64,000 bases of DNA, taken from positions 544,001 through 608,000 of the forward strand of contig CM000430.1 of the NCBI GenBank assembly GCA_000165345.1, given 5' to 3'. This document shows, piece after piece, positions 41,604 to 51,932 of the stretch (positions are counted from its first letter, which is position 1; every line of letters begins with the position of its first letter). The translations under genes were made by a program, and so were the position numbers. The notes under the pieces are model-generated. The model had not been told where the DNA came from, made no database searches, and was given only the letters and a program-made list of their open reading frames with translations.

Positions 41604-42625
41604 TTATTGATCCTTTTTATAAATTGCTAAATAATTTAATTTATTCATATTTTCACATTCAATAAAAATATTAGGCCCGGGAATATATATTGTTCCTGTT
41701 TTAGCTACTTTATATAAGCCATTTTTTCTTGCAAAACCATCAAGTTCATTCGGTTTAATAAACTTTCTCCAGCTATGTGTCCCCTATGTTCGTGAATTGA
41801 TTCGAAATAGTCAATCGAACTTACTTTTGGTATCATTTCAAAAATTTTCTCTCCAAAGATAATTGAGTATATGTAGCAAAGAACAGTTCGATTAAGTGTT
41901 GTAAACAATACGATTCCATCCTTTTTAAGTAAATTACCTGACCGGGTTACAGAGATAATAAATCTTAGGTATTGGAACTTACTTATTAATTTAACAAAAA
42001 TGCCTGGATTATTTACATGTTCAATAACCTCTGAAGCTACAATAATATCAAATATCTCACTTTTTTGTATGTGTTCGATTCCGCCTTTGAAATATCTCAG
42101 ACTCCTAGGTTTTGGCATACTATTCATGAAATTATTAAGTTCATTTTCATTATTGAATTTAGAGATTTCTTTAAAGCTGGTGGAATTACAAAGTGCATTT
42201 TTGTAAGCTATGTCTATAGACTTATAGGATGCGTCGACTCCAAGTACATCCCCTCCTAATTCTGAGAGTCTTTCCGAAAAAATTCCTGCGCCAGAGCCAA
42301 TATCCAATATCTTTTTGCCACTTAATGGACCATTTAAACTAGCAGACTTATTAGAAATATGTTCAAGCAAGAAACTTGTTCTCAAATGGTTAAATTTTAA
42401 TAGAATACTATCATGAGTTTCTGGGAACCAACTATAACTTGAATACGCATCAAAATTATTTATTTGCTTAGCGTCTATTGTACTAAATTTGTATGATCCA
42501 TAAATCTTGTTTTTCTGCAAAATACGCAAATAGTTTCTAAAATCTATTCCAAAGAATCTGTTATTTTCTAATGTTGAATAACAACTTGAAAATAGAGATT
42601 TTTTGAAAGAAAAATTCCTAAACAT
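41604..42625 (-). CDS. COQ3: Ubiquinone biosynthesis O-methyltransferase COQ3/UbiG family, 2 exons
   Basis: ORF-track piece 41705..42625 reads through a 41-nt intron (donor CCAAAA|GTAAGT at 41824, acceptor ...catag at 41784). Splicing exon 1 (41825..42625) to exon 2 (41604..41783) restores the conserved ...IPK|GTHSWRKFIKPNELDGFARKNG... (COQ3 VPKGTH.W.KFI.P.EL). SAM motif KKILDIGSGAGIFSERLSELGGDVLGVDAS and post-II motif FDIIVASEVIEHVNNP are present. Confidence 0.7.
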
Positions 42626-42779
42626 GAATTAGTATAAAACTAAGGAAAATCATTTAAAATAATTTAACACGAATCAAATTAAGCGCATTATTCTGAAATA
42701 TTTGTTTGCATGTGATAAAAAATTACATGTATATAAAATTGTTAATTTTACTCTATTAGAAAAACAAATAAAATTATAT

Positions 42780-45700
42780 TCATGATTCGCTAGATTCAGA
42801 CAAAACAGTCCTTACATTGTGTATTTTTTCAACCCACTTATCTCTCATTTCGGAAGAATCTGAATGAAGTATTAGTGACGATGGTATACTGTTCTTTGTG
42901 AAATCTAGCGCAAAACAAGGGATGAATTCATTTTCCTTACTTGTTGCAAGATTGAAGACTCGAATTTGCCTTACAAATCGAATTGGAATAGTTTCACAGT
43001 AGACGGTGTCATTTGGGTGATGACACCAAATAAGCGCCCCATCTGACCTTAAGATAAAGAATCTTTCTTGCCAAAGTCTGCTTTCAGATGATTCATTCTC
43101 ACTGGATGCGATTAAATCGGACATTTGCTTCTTTTTTTGAGAAAGAGGGTTTTCAAGTGCTAAAGGCGGATTTATACAAATGCCTAAAAACCCAAAGTGA
43201 TATGTAGGAATCGAAACAAGTAGGCTTGTTTCTCTGTGTGGCAAGAGCATAAATGAACTCTTGTTTATAATGGCTAGAACAAGAGAATATTGATTTTCCG
43301 AATTAAATAATCCAATAAGATTGTCAGGTTCTGCGACAATCGGAGGGTTCTCGCCGTAAACTGAAATTAAATTTTGGAATGCACTAGCTCTTTCTGGAGA
43401 TAAAACATCTTGTTTTTGATCAGATGCACTATTAGAGGTGTTTTTATTACTCATAAATCCAAGCCAAAATGAATTCAATTTTTCAGGTTTGGTTTCAGTA
43501 GATCTGTTGATAGAAGTTTCTGCAGTTGCTTGAGAAAGAAGAATTTCTGATGGGGTAGTGAGCGTGCGATAAGAGGTAGTGAATTCATCAAGGAACTCAC
43601 TTCTACGGCTAACTTCAAGAAGAATATCATCCCAGCCATCAACCTTAAGCAAAAGAAGCACATTTGAGTTTTTTGGAACGATTATTTCTTCAAAGTCAAC
43701 TATTGGTGCAGCCTGAAGAAGTTTTAATGGAGAATACTGAAACAGTGCAAATCTTTCAGATGTTAAAACAAGAATTTGCCTAAATAAATTTATTGGGCAG
43801 TCAAGAGGGGGTGGAAAGCATGACTTTTCAAGCCCTCTTGCTGTGTAATTAATAACAATATCACTCCAAATTCCCTTTTTCCTTTCTGCAGAAGTTAAAC
43901 CCATTTCATCTAACCGATCCAAATTTTGTTCCATTGCAGCATGATCTCCATTTTTGCCTTTGTATATACTCGAAATGTTTCTGCTACTTGCAAACCCAAG
44001 CATATTCCAAACGGAATGTTCAACAACATCTGAATCTCGGCTTTCAAACTCCGGAGTTGAAAAAACACAAAAATCATCTCTACATGAAGAAACTGGTTCA
44101 TTTCCACTAATCCATGCTGACAACATGACCTTGTTTTCATCTTCTTGAGAATCAAAAGTTTGGCAGCAAAATGATATTTCTTTCAAAGTTTCGGAATGAT
44201 CCGGCTCATAATTACTTAAAGAGTTTGCATTTAATTGCTGAGCTTGAGGTTCCTTGTATTCTGCATCTGAAGGTTCATTATTATCAAATTTATCCAAATC
44301 AAACTTCAAAATTTGTGACTTGGCTTGGATCACGTTTGCAAGTTGGCCTGATGAATTTTTGATATTTAGTAATATGCGTCTTTTTATTAATACTTCTTGT
44401 ATATCTGCATTTACTGCAAAGTGAATTAATGTATTTCTGCGATTATCCTGTGCTTGCACATCACTTCCACATGTTAAAAATAACTCAGTCATAAGCAAAT
44501 TATCTTTAAGTATTGATATTGATATGGGTACGAACCCTGAAAAGCTTTTCCTATTAACAATATTTATTTGTTCTTCGAATGAAAAATGTTCAAGAAGTAG
44601 CTGGAGAGTCTCAATATGTTCTAAATAAGAAAATATATGTAATAAGTTCCAACCATACCCAAAACTAAGCTTCAATAAAGAATCAATGAATTTTTTAATA
44701 CTAAATTCATTCACGCAAGTTTCAGACTCCTCAAATTCAATTTTTTGAGGCTTAGATAATTCAGAATTAATTTCAGATATTATTTCATTGAGATTGGTGA
44801 TTAAAGGCTCAGGATCATTTTTTATTACCGATTTAATTATTAGCTTAAACAAATGTTTGGTTTTCAAATATTCTTCGCATTCTCTATTAATTGTGTGTTG
44901 ACTATTATTAAAATTATCTTCAACAAATTTAATTTGTGAATTGTTTATATCCAAAAATAAAATATCCAATAATATTTGGAACATATTTATGGATGGCTCT
45001 CTGACTGATTTTTCAGAATCAATCAAAATTCTATTCAAGAACTTCTCTATTACAGCATGCTCGGATTCTAAACAATTTAGAATATGATCTCTTTCTTTGC
45101 AAAGCGACTCTGTGTGATTTACTGAATTTAAAGGAAGTTGATTAATTATTAAATCAGAAAAGTGAGTGATTACCCAATTTTGTATTAAATTAATTGTTTT
45201 GTCACTTAGTTCATTTTCCTCCAAATTAGCATTTGGGTTAGGCAAATTAATTACACCGTCGATTAATACCTTGGAGAATGAAATAATTTTTTGACTCAAA
45301 TTATCATCGTAATTCAGATTATTTTTAATTAATTCTTTTAAATGATCTGATAATGATAGAGAATGAATAATCAAATCAGCGGCGTCACTTATTGATTCGG
45401 AATTCATTACTTTATTTGTAGTTTTTATCTGCAAAAGCGCAATCAATTTTAATAATTTTAAGCAATCAGATTTCAATAAATCAAGGTCACTTTCCAAGGA
45501 GTTAATTTTAGAGTCATAGATGCCTTTTTGAGCTTTCTCTTTCTCAGAAAAAAGTTGTTTCGTGCCTTTACTTTCGCTTAACAATAACTGAATTTCACTT
45601 TCCTTTTCAATCTCAAATTCTGAAAATCTTGTTCGTAAAGCAATATAGTCCTCTTCTTTATCCTGTAAATTGCTTTCAAGCTGGGAAATATGAAGTCTCA

Positions 45701-46094
45701 AATCTGCAATTTCTTTATATAAAGACTCTTTATCGGTAAGCAGGTCCTCAACAATACGAGGGGAAGAAGCTTCTATAATATGTTGTTGCTTTAGATTATT
45801 GATACTTTGTTGCTCAAGATAAGAAATCTTTTCATTCAATGTAGAGATCTCGTCATTCAGGGTTTTTATTATATTTTGAAGCTTGGAAATTTCAGTTCCA
45901 TCTTGTTTAATACGTTCCTTGAGAGTATTAATTTCATCATTTTTACCCTTTTCAAGTTCATAAAGTTCATTAAGAGCATCATCCCTCGACTTTACTAGTT
46001 TTTCTAGTCTAGAGATTTTTTGTTCAAGTATTTTGGTTTGTTCAAGGTTTTCTGATCTTGGAAGTTCTACTTCATCCTCGATTCCAATGTCCAT
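42780..46094 (-). CDS. Large coiled-coil protein with ankyrin-like repeats and C-terminal PH-like domain (hypothetical)
   Basis: 1104-aa uninterrupted ORF. N-terminal 250 aa heptad-rich (LEKLVKSRDDALNELYELEKGKNDEINTLKERIK...). Ankyrin-like block around ...GSDVQAQDNRRNTLIHFAVNADIQEVLIKRRI.... C-terminal PH-like segment ...RLWQERFFILRSDGALIWCHH...MRDKWVEKIHNV. Confidence 0.55.
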   Translation of the reverse strand: MDIGIEDEVELPRSENLEQTKILEQKISRLEKLVKSRDDALNELYELEKGKNDEINTLKERIKQDGTEISKLQNIIKTLNDEISTLNEKISYLEQQSINNLKQQHIIEASSPRIVEDLLTDKESLYKEIADLRLHISQLESNLQDKEEDYIALRTRFSEFEIEKESEIQLLLSESKGTKQLFSEKEKAQKGIYDSKINSLESDLDLLKSDCLKLLKLIALLQIKTTNKVMNSESISDAADLIIHSLSLSDHLKELIKNNLNYDDNLSQKIISFSKVLIDGVINLPNPNANLEENELSDKTINLIQNWVITHFSDLIINQLPLNSVNHTESLCKERDHILNCLESEHAVIEKFLNRILIDSEKSVREPSINMFQILLDILFLDINNSQIKFVEDNFNNSQHTINRECEEYLKTKHLFKLIIKSVIKNDPEPLITNLNEIISEINSELSKPQKIEFEESETCVNEFSIKKFIDSLLKLSFGYGWNLLHIFSYLEHIETLQLLLEHFSFEEQINIVNRKSFSGFVPISISILKDNLLMTELFLTCGSDVQAQDNRRNTLIHFAVNADIQEVLIKRRILLNIKNSSGQLANVIQAKSQILKFDLDKFDNNEPSDAEYKEPQAQQLNANSLSNYEPDHSETLKEISFCCQTFDSQEDENKVMLSAWISGNEPVSSCRDDFCVFSTPEFESRDSDVVEHSVWNMLGFASSRNISSIYKGKNGDHAAMEQNLDRLDEMGLTSAERKKGIWSDIVINYTARGLEKSCFPPPLDCPINLFRQILVLTSERFALFQYSPLKLLQAAPIVDFEEIIVPKNSNVLLLLKVDGWDDILLEVSRRSEFLDEFTTSYRTLTTPSEILLSQATAETSINRSTETKPEKLNSFWLGFMSNKNTSNSASDQKQDVLSPERASAFQNLISVYGENPPIVAEPDNLIGLFNSENQYSLVLAIINKSSFMLLPHRETSLLVSIPTYHFGFLGICINPPLALENPLSQKKKQMSDLIASSENESSESRLWQERFFILRSDGALIWCHHPNDTVYCETIPIRFVRQIRVFNLATSKENEFIPCFALDFTKNSIPSSLILHSDSSEMRDKWVEKIHNVRTVLSESSES

Positions 46095-46284
46095 CTTAAA
46101 ATTTAATTTGAGTCATAAAAAATCAAAAAACTGCCAAAAAATAAGTTAATAATTCAATAGCTTATTATTAAATTTTAAGTTTTCACTTTGAACACTTAAA
46201 ATTTCTCAATTTTTATGTTCATGTTATTGCTTTTTTTTTATTATTAATTTCACGTATGCAATACTCTGTAAGGCGGGGATGTGT

Positions 46285-46298
46285 GTCATGATCATGAC
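46285..46298. promoter_or_regulatory. Perfect 14-bp palindrome GTCATGATCATGAC upstream of the ankyrin/PH gene
   Basis: Read directly from the sequence. It lies about 190 bp upstream of the ATG at 46094 (minus strand). Candidate dimeric transcription-factor site. Confidence 0.3.
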
Positions 46299-46437
46299 TG
46301 TTTTTTAATACCGAACAATTATTCAAGGAAAAATTAATAAATTAAGGCATCAAATTGAATAAATAAATTATTTCCTTTTAGTTAATTATTTTAAGAAGCT
46401 TTTATAACTCTTTCAACTGCCGCTTTTCAATCTTATA

Positions 46438-46992
46438 TTATGAAATCCAAATCTGAGTAACGAGCATATCTTTTATTTGTTGATTCAGGGAGTTATACCA
46501 TTTTTCTAATTTGTAAGGCATTAATGCCCTTTTACAATTTTCTGACTCCTCGTTCCCATTGTTTATTGCAAATCCATAGGCTATTTCAGATGAAGGTTGT
46601 TTCAGTACCCAGCCTCCAGTTTTCCCAATATTAATGCATTCTAAAGTATAAGTTAGAAACGAGTTTGATTCATGGGAATAAAATATTTCCCCATCTTTTT
46701 TTCTATTTTTTATAAATATTAATTCTTCAATTCCAATTGAAGGAGCATTGACAACCAAAAATTCTGATTCAGAAAGTGGTGCTTTAGTTTCAACTTGCGT
46801 AGTAGCATCGAGTGACCAAAAATAATTAGGGTCAACAAGAAAGTATGCCTTAGAGGCTAATAAATCATTTAATTCATCTGAAATTTTTCTTGTTGATGAT
46901 CTGGCAGCTATTATATCTTTTTTCGAACATTTAATTATCGAAGTAAAAACTGATCCAATCAATATAAATATTAAAAATAAATTATTTTTCAT
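46438..46992 (-). CDS. Small secreted protein (predicted signal peptide), hypothetical
   Basis: 184 aa. N-terminal MKNNLFLIFILIGSVFTSIIKCS is signal-peptide-like. No recognisable domain. Confidence 0.45.
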   Translation of the reverse strand: MKNNLFLIFILIGSVFTSIIKCSKKDIIAARSSTRKISDELNDLLASKAYFLVDPNYFWSLDATTQVETKAPLSESEFLVVNAPSIGIEELIFIKNRKKDGEIFYSHESNSFLTYTLECINIGKTGGWVLKQPSSEIAYGFAINNGNEESENCKRALMPYKLEKWYNSLNQQIKDMLVTQIWIS

Positions 46993-47372
46993 GTTTGCTT
47001 CTTAGTCATCGAAAACACTAATTTTAAATTATGTATTAAAACAAGAATAAGTCTAAAGTTTCTTTATTTTTTTTTGTAAGGTTATCACAATTATTTTAAG
47101 ATTTAATCAAATATTGACGGGTTTGGGCTTATATAGACAATTTGGCACTATACTTTCTCTAAATAAAAAAAATATTGATTAATCTAAATTAATAATTTAA
47201 ACGTGTTAAAATTCAAAATTTGCATGAAATCACAAATTATTCCAATAAATTTTATTTCATATTTGCTCGACTTTTAAGTACACAATTTGTGTGTACTAAA
47301 TCAAAAATTTCGCTTAGGATATACACAAATAAATCAAGTGAATAATTTAAAGAAAAATATATTTTAGGAGAA

Positions 47373-47942
47373 ATGTCAACAATATTTCGATTTCCTCCAA
47401 CATCAAGTATTGCAATTAGTGCAATTTCTAAAATAAGCGAGTTGTCGAAAGAAAATATTCCTTCTACTCGTAGTTTACAACCAAACGACGAAATTCAATT
47501 AAATAGTAAGGTTAGCGAGAGAAGTAATTTTGAAGAACAAGCAAAGGCTGAGAAAACTCCAAATAACGCAATTATTAAGTTGTTGGAGGACAAGAAGAAC
47601 GAAATCAAGAAGAACATAGAAAATCTTGCAAATCAACTAAGAAGACATATCCGTCAAGTTGAATATATAGATTCAAGAATTTGTGAGCTGAGGGGAGAGA
47701 AAATAGATTTACAGAGCTCAAGGTTAATATCTAGTCTTAGATTAGATTCTGAACATTATCAAACCAGTCTTTCGAGGCTTAGTACGGCTATTAACACTGG
47801 AATTAACACTCCAAATTGCGAGCTTGCAAGTAGTAATGAGGCTGAAGTCAGAAGCAATATTCTCTCTTATAAAATGGAAGGCGATTGGTTAATTGTGCCA
47901 GAATTTAAAGAAGTCGTCTCTAGGACAGTAAATTCCTCATAA
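47373..47942 (+). CDS. Hypothetical coiled-coil protein
   Basis: 189-aa ORF with ATG, in an otherwise gene-free 1.2-kb gap, with a heptad-rich middle. No family recognised. Confidence 0.35.
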   Translation: MSTIFRFPPTSSIAISAISKISELSKENIPSTRSLQPNDEIQLNSKVSERSNFEEQAKAEKTPNNAIIKLLEDKKNEIKKNIENLANQLRRHIRQVEYIDSRICELRGEKIDLQSSRLISSLRLDSEHYQTSLSRLSTAINTGINTPNCELASSNEAEVRSNILSYKMEGDWLIVPEFKEVVSRTVNSS

Positions 47943-48219
47943 AAAGAAATGAATTAGTTGTGAATTTAATCATTTTAATTGATTTAGGATGCAGTTGTGC
48001 CAAATAAGTTTAATAACGACTCTGGCGCCATAACACTTAGGCGGTTAAGGACAATTTTACACGAGTTTTGCGGTATTTAATTTTAATCTGAAGGAAATTG
48101 TTTGTCGTCTTAAAATGAAGTCACGTCTAAACTAGAAGGAGGTAAAAGAAAAAACAGTTTTTAATCGTTTGCAAAGGTGATTGCTCTTTATTAGGTTGTA
48201 TTTTGCGTAACATATAAAG

Positions 48220-48486
48220 ATGGTAGGTTTATAAGATCTAATTTACTGGGAGTGAATTTAACTATTATTAATTCTGTAGGACTCTGCCCCAAAGCTTGCA
48301 AAAGTTGAGAAGATTTTAGGCCGTACAGGATCCCGTGGTGGTGTAATTCAAGTTAGAGTACAATTTATGTCTGGTGAATCTGAACTTGCAGGTCGTTCTC
48401 TGATCCGTAACGTCAGAGGCCCTGTCAGAGAAGGAGATATCTTAGCTTTATTAGAAACTGAAAGAGAAGCACGTCGTCTTCGTTAA
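48220..48486 (+). CDS. RPS28: 40S ribosomal protein S28 (eS28), 2 exons with ATG-only first exon
   Basis: Not in the ORF track. Exon 1 is the single codon ATG (48220..48222), followed by donor GTAGGT, a 57-nt intron and acceptor ctgtag. Exon 2 (48280..48486) encodes [68 protein letters not shown], a clear eS28 sequence. Local GC is about 45% with strong codon bias (six CGT Arg, GGT, TCT, GTT, ATC), typical of a highly expressed gene. Confidence 0.85.
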
Positions 48487-48704
48487 GGTCTAGTAGTAAA
48501 GTATTCTAAATGTTTTAATAACTTATTATTACACTAATTCGGTCGTTTTTTCACTCTTAATTTCATTTTTGTCTATTTTTTACTTGCGGAATAAGAAGAT
48601 TATTCTACCGAGCTTAAGGACTAGTATGCAATTAGATTTTGACATAAATTTACTAATTCCAATAGGGCATCTAATATGAATTTGCTACGTATCAAATCAT
48701 ACTT

Positions 48705-49826
48705 CTAACTATTAATTTCATTGAGCCTCCAGAGTACTATGGAAGGCTCTGGGAGACTTGATGTAGTCATAATCAAATTATTATTTAAATCCGGATGTTT
48801 GGATATAGATGTAACAATTGCATTGGAAGGAGAGATAGGAGTCAAAGAGTATAAATATTTTGCTGTGTGTAAGCAATATACAGACGCATCCCCCACAGGG
48901 GCTGTTGCAGGGTTAATCCTAGGAACAAATACTTGATCTCTCCAAACTACGGAAAATCCTGTAAGCATAGGCAAATGATTGTTGTCACATATATTGTTGT
49001 AATAATCCTTTTGAAGTTTTTTTGAATTTTCCCAACTAATATTCGACTTTTCTGTTTTCTCTTGCCCAAATTTCCAAATGCAAGATGAGGAGTCTCCAGT
49101 ACAGAGCAGATGTTCATCATTAAATGAGAATATAGAATGTAGAGAGTAATTAGATCCTTGCGGTCCAGATAGCGTTTTTAAAAGTTTCAAGTTTGAGGAC
49201 CTCCAAATTCGTATTTTTCCGTCAAATGATGTTGAAGATAAGACTCTTTTATCATTACTCTGCTCCAGGCTAGTAACGGGAGCTTCGTGAGATAGAACTT
49301 GAGAAACAAAACCCTTCTTCCTAAGATCCCAGCTTCTAATGTAACCATCATATCCACCTGAGAATATTTGTTGGTAAAGTAATTCATTTGGTACTGAAAT
49401 ACATGTACATGCTCCTTCATGTGTATTTTCTAAATTCATAACGGTTAAACCCAAAAGCGAACCACTTTTTTTAATTCCAGCTCTAAGATCATAAATACTT
49501 ATTGCCCCAGGAGAGAAACATGCAGCCAACAAGTTTCCTGATTGATCAGTTTTTATATCGTTTAATCCGCCATTACCAAGTTCGTAGTTTTTGATTCCAA
49601 CTTTCTCATGTGATAAAATCCTTTTTCCTGTTTCCAATGAATGTACATAAATTTCGCCTTTATCTGTCCCACATGCAGCAGCCTGCCCATTAATAGTAAT
49701 TACGCCTCTAACTATCGAACTTTCATTGTACTTTTCATTATTATGTTTAAAAGATATTCTCATTATTGGAATCCACGGTTTATAAAAAAAAATGCTATTG
49801 CCAATCTCATCGTTATTTTCTACCAT
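48705..49826 (-). CDS. WD40-repeat protein (hypothetical)
   Basis: 373 aa. Repeated WD-like units (...GGYDGYIRSWDLR..., ...SFDGKIRIWRSSN..., ...LLCTGDSSSCIWKF...). Subfamily not identified. Confidence 0.55.
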   Translation of the reverse strand: MVENNDEIGNSIFFYKPWIPIMRISFKHNNEKYNESSIVRGVITINGQAAACGTDKGEIYVHSLETGKRILSHEKVGIKNYELGNGGLNDIKTDQSGNLLAACFSPGAISIYDLRAGIKKSGSLLGLTVMNLENTHEGACTCISVPNELLYQQIFSGGYDGYIRSWDLRKKGFVSQVLSHEAPVTSLEQSNDKRVLSSTSFDGKIRIWRSSNLKLLKTLSGPQGSNYSLHSIFSFNDEHLLCTGDSSSCIWKFGQEKTEKSNISWENSKKLQKDYYNNICDNNHLPMLTGFSVVWRDQVFVPRINPATAPVGDASVYCLHTAKYLYSLTPISPSNAIVTSISKHPDLNNNLIMTTSSLPEPSIVLWRLNEINS

Positions 49827-49979
49827 AATTAATTTCTATATCGCCGTCCATATATATTTTCTCTGCAGGAAATAACACTTTTTGTGAAATTAGAGATTCA
49901 CTGCGCCAAAAAAAAAGCAAGTACCATAATAAAAAAATAAATTCATATCTATCAGAACAGCAAATTTAGAGAAATTTAA
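49827..49979. promoter_or_regulatory. 153-bp bidirectional promoter between the WD40 gene (-) and the BirA-like ligase gene (+)
   Basis: Both start codons (49826 minus, 49980 plus) are read from the sequence. The spacer is A/T-rich with A-runs. Confidence 0.5.
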
Positions 49980-50876
49980 ATGGAAGACCAAAAGTATAAA
50001 ATATATAGGCATAAAGAGCTACCTTTAAATATTTGCCACTTTTCAACTTTACCTTCAACGCAGATATGGGCTTATGAAAATATTGATTTTTTAATTAATA
50101 CAGAGAAGTTGTCACCAAATGTATGGACAGTAATTACCGCAGATAACATGACATCTGGCATCGGCTCTTATGATCATAAAACCCGTACTCCTCGCACATG
50201 GTATACGCTAGATGGCAAGAATTTAAATGCGACATATTTAACACTTAGACGAAGAGAAATCTCAGAAGAACCGGAAAAGAATATTTCAGATTTGAGTTTG
50301 TATACTCTTGGGATTGCTTTGTCAGTTTGCAAGATTTTAGGGGAGTTTGGTATTAAAGAACCAAAAATAAAATGGGTTAATGATATTTATGTTAATGGGA
50401 AGAAAATAGGAGGTATTTTATCTAAACAATTAGAAAAAAGATATGTATTTGAACAAGTTGAATATGAGCCTATTGTATTTGGAATAGGCTTGAATGTACT
50501 TCACGATAAGTGCAATCTTCCAGAAAATGTGGAGTCCCCTGCAACGTCAGTTAAAATAGAAAGCGAGTTAGATTCTTCACTTATTGGCATTAATGATATT
50601 TTGGAAAGCCTACATTTGGAAGTTATTAAATCAGTAACTAATATAAATTCATCGAGGCATAAAGGATTCCAAGACAATACTTTAGCAGAAGTTAACAAGA
50701 GGCTGCTTTATAAAGGCAAAGTTGTAAAAATAATCGACTATGAAAAGGAAGGAAATGAAATAGAAATGGGAGTACTTCAGGGAGTAGATAAGAATGGGTT
50801 TGCAATCATAAAATTACCAGAAATAAGTGGGGGAGAGCTCAAAATATCTCATGGAAGAATTAAATTCGATGGCTAA
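49980..50876 (+). CDS. Biotin--protein ligase-like (BirA/BPL catalytic domain only), divergent
   Basis: 298 aa. The strong BirA-family block KIKWVNDIYVNGKKIGGILSKQL...IVFGIGLNV parallels E. coli BirA KWPNDLY...KLAGILVE...GAGINM. The GRGRRGRxW loop position reads GIGSYDHKTRTPRTWYT instead. No C-terminal cap domain. Confidence 0.55.
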   Translation: MEDQKYKIYRHKELPLNICHFSTLPSTQIWAYENIDFLINTEKLSPNVWTVITADNMTSGIGSYDHKTRTPRTWYTLDGKNLNATYLTLRRREISEEPEKNISDLSLYTLGIALSVCKILGEFGIKEPKIKWVNDIYVNGKKIGGILSKQLEKRYVFEQVEYEPIVFGIGLNVLHDKCNLPENVESPATSVKIESELDSSLIGINDILESLHLEVIKSVTNINSSRHKGFQDNTLAEVNKRLLYKGKVVKIIDYEKEGNEIEMGVLQGVDKNGFAIIKLPEISGGELKISHGRIKFDG

Positions 50877-50995
50877 ATTTTCGTTTTCTTAACCAAAAGT
50901 TAATGGAGATTCTAAAATAGCAGTTAGGTCGCTATCATCTTTTATTTTAACTCCTGTTATTTCAGATGTTGAATATGGGCATTCTAATAATAAGT

Positions 50996-51780
50996 TTAAT
51001 TATTTATATTGTTATTGGTAATATTTGAATTAATTAACTTACCTAATTCAATAGAGAATCTTGAGAGATAATTACCTGAAGCTACTATTATATACGGCCA
51101 GAAAAAATCTCTAGTCACTCTTGTCCAAAGATCAAAGACAATTACAAGAGTGCCGCAAAATTCTCTTGAAGCTGAATATGCCATAAACCAATTTGTGGAA
51201 GCAATGTATCGTGTAATCACAGAAATTTTTGGTGCTAAAAACTTCTCCAAATAAATGACAATAATGTACATTTTTCCAAATGATTCATTTTCATCTGTTG
51301 TGAAAATATTCCTCATATCTTCATATTTTTCTTTTAAAGATTGTAGTATCTCTTTGTAGCAGTAAATACAATTTAATGATTGGGTTTTTGTTGACTCTGA
51401 AGCCTTGTATCCAAATTTAGCACATTTTTCTGAAATTTTTGTGTACTTTTCATGCAAGCTTGTAGATTCTATGCTTTTCTGTTCTATAATACATGTTAAG
51501 AATTTTCTCATGTAATCTGATGTTCTTTTTCTCACAGCAATATATTCACCTAAATAAATCTAATAACTACATATTTATTCGTATACCTTTAAAACTTACC
51601 GACTGCTTTACACCGTTCATCTACTGGAAAATTTATCTCAGCCTGCTCAACTTCAAGACTAAAATCTCCCTTTTTATTTTTCTTTAACTTCTTGATCACA
51701 CTTGTAGCTTCTATATTTAAATGTTCTCCATAGAAATATATGATTGTCAAAAATAATGTACACAACTTTCTTAATTTCAT
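50996..51780 (-). CDS. Secreted protein (signal peptide), hypothetical, 2 exons
   Basis: Exon 1 (51600..51780) starts MKLRKLCTLFLTIIYFYG (signal-like) and ends at donor GTC G|GTAAGT. A 50-nt intron (51550..51599) with acceptor tttatttag joins exon 2 (50996..51549) in frame through a split Gly codon, linking ORF-track pieces 51589..51780 and 50996..51535 (the latter shown with a GTG pseudo-start). About 244 aa; no domain recognised. Confidence 0.5.
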
Positions 51781-51932
51781 CTTATCCCTTAAACCAAGTA
51801 TTTTTTAAATATTTATAATATATATTTAAAAATTATAATTTATATAAATTTAAATAATTTAATAAATCTCCATTTACTTTTATCCTTCTTGATCTCAACA
51901 CAATCATAGCATGTCTATGTTGACCCACAGCA

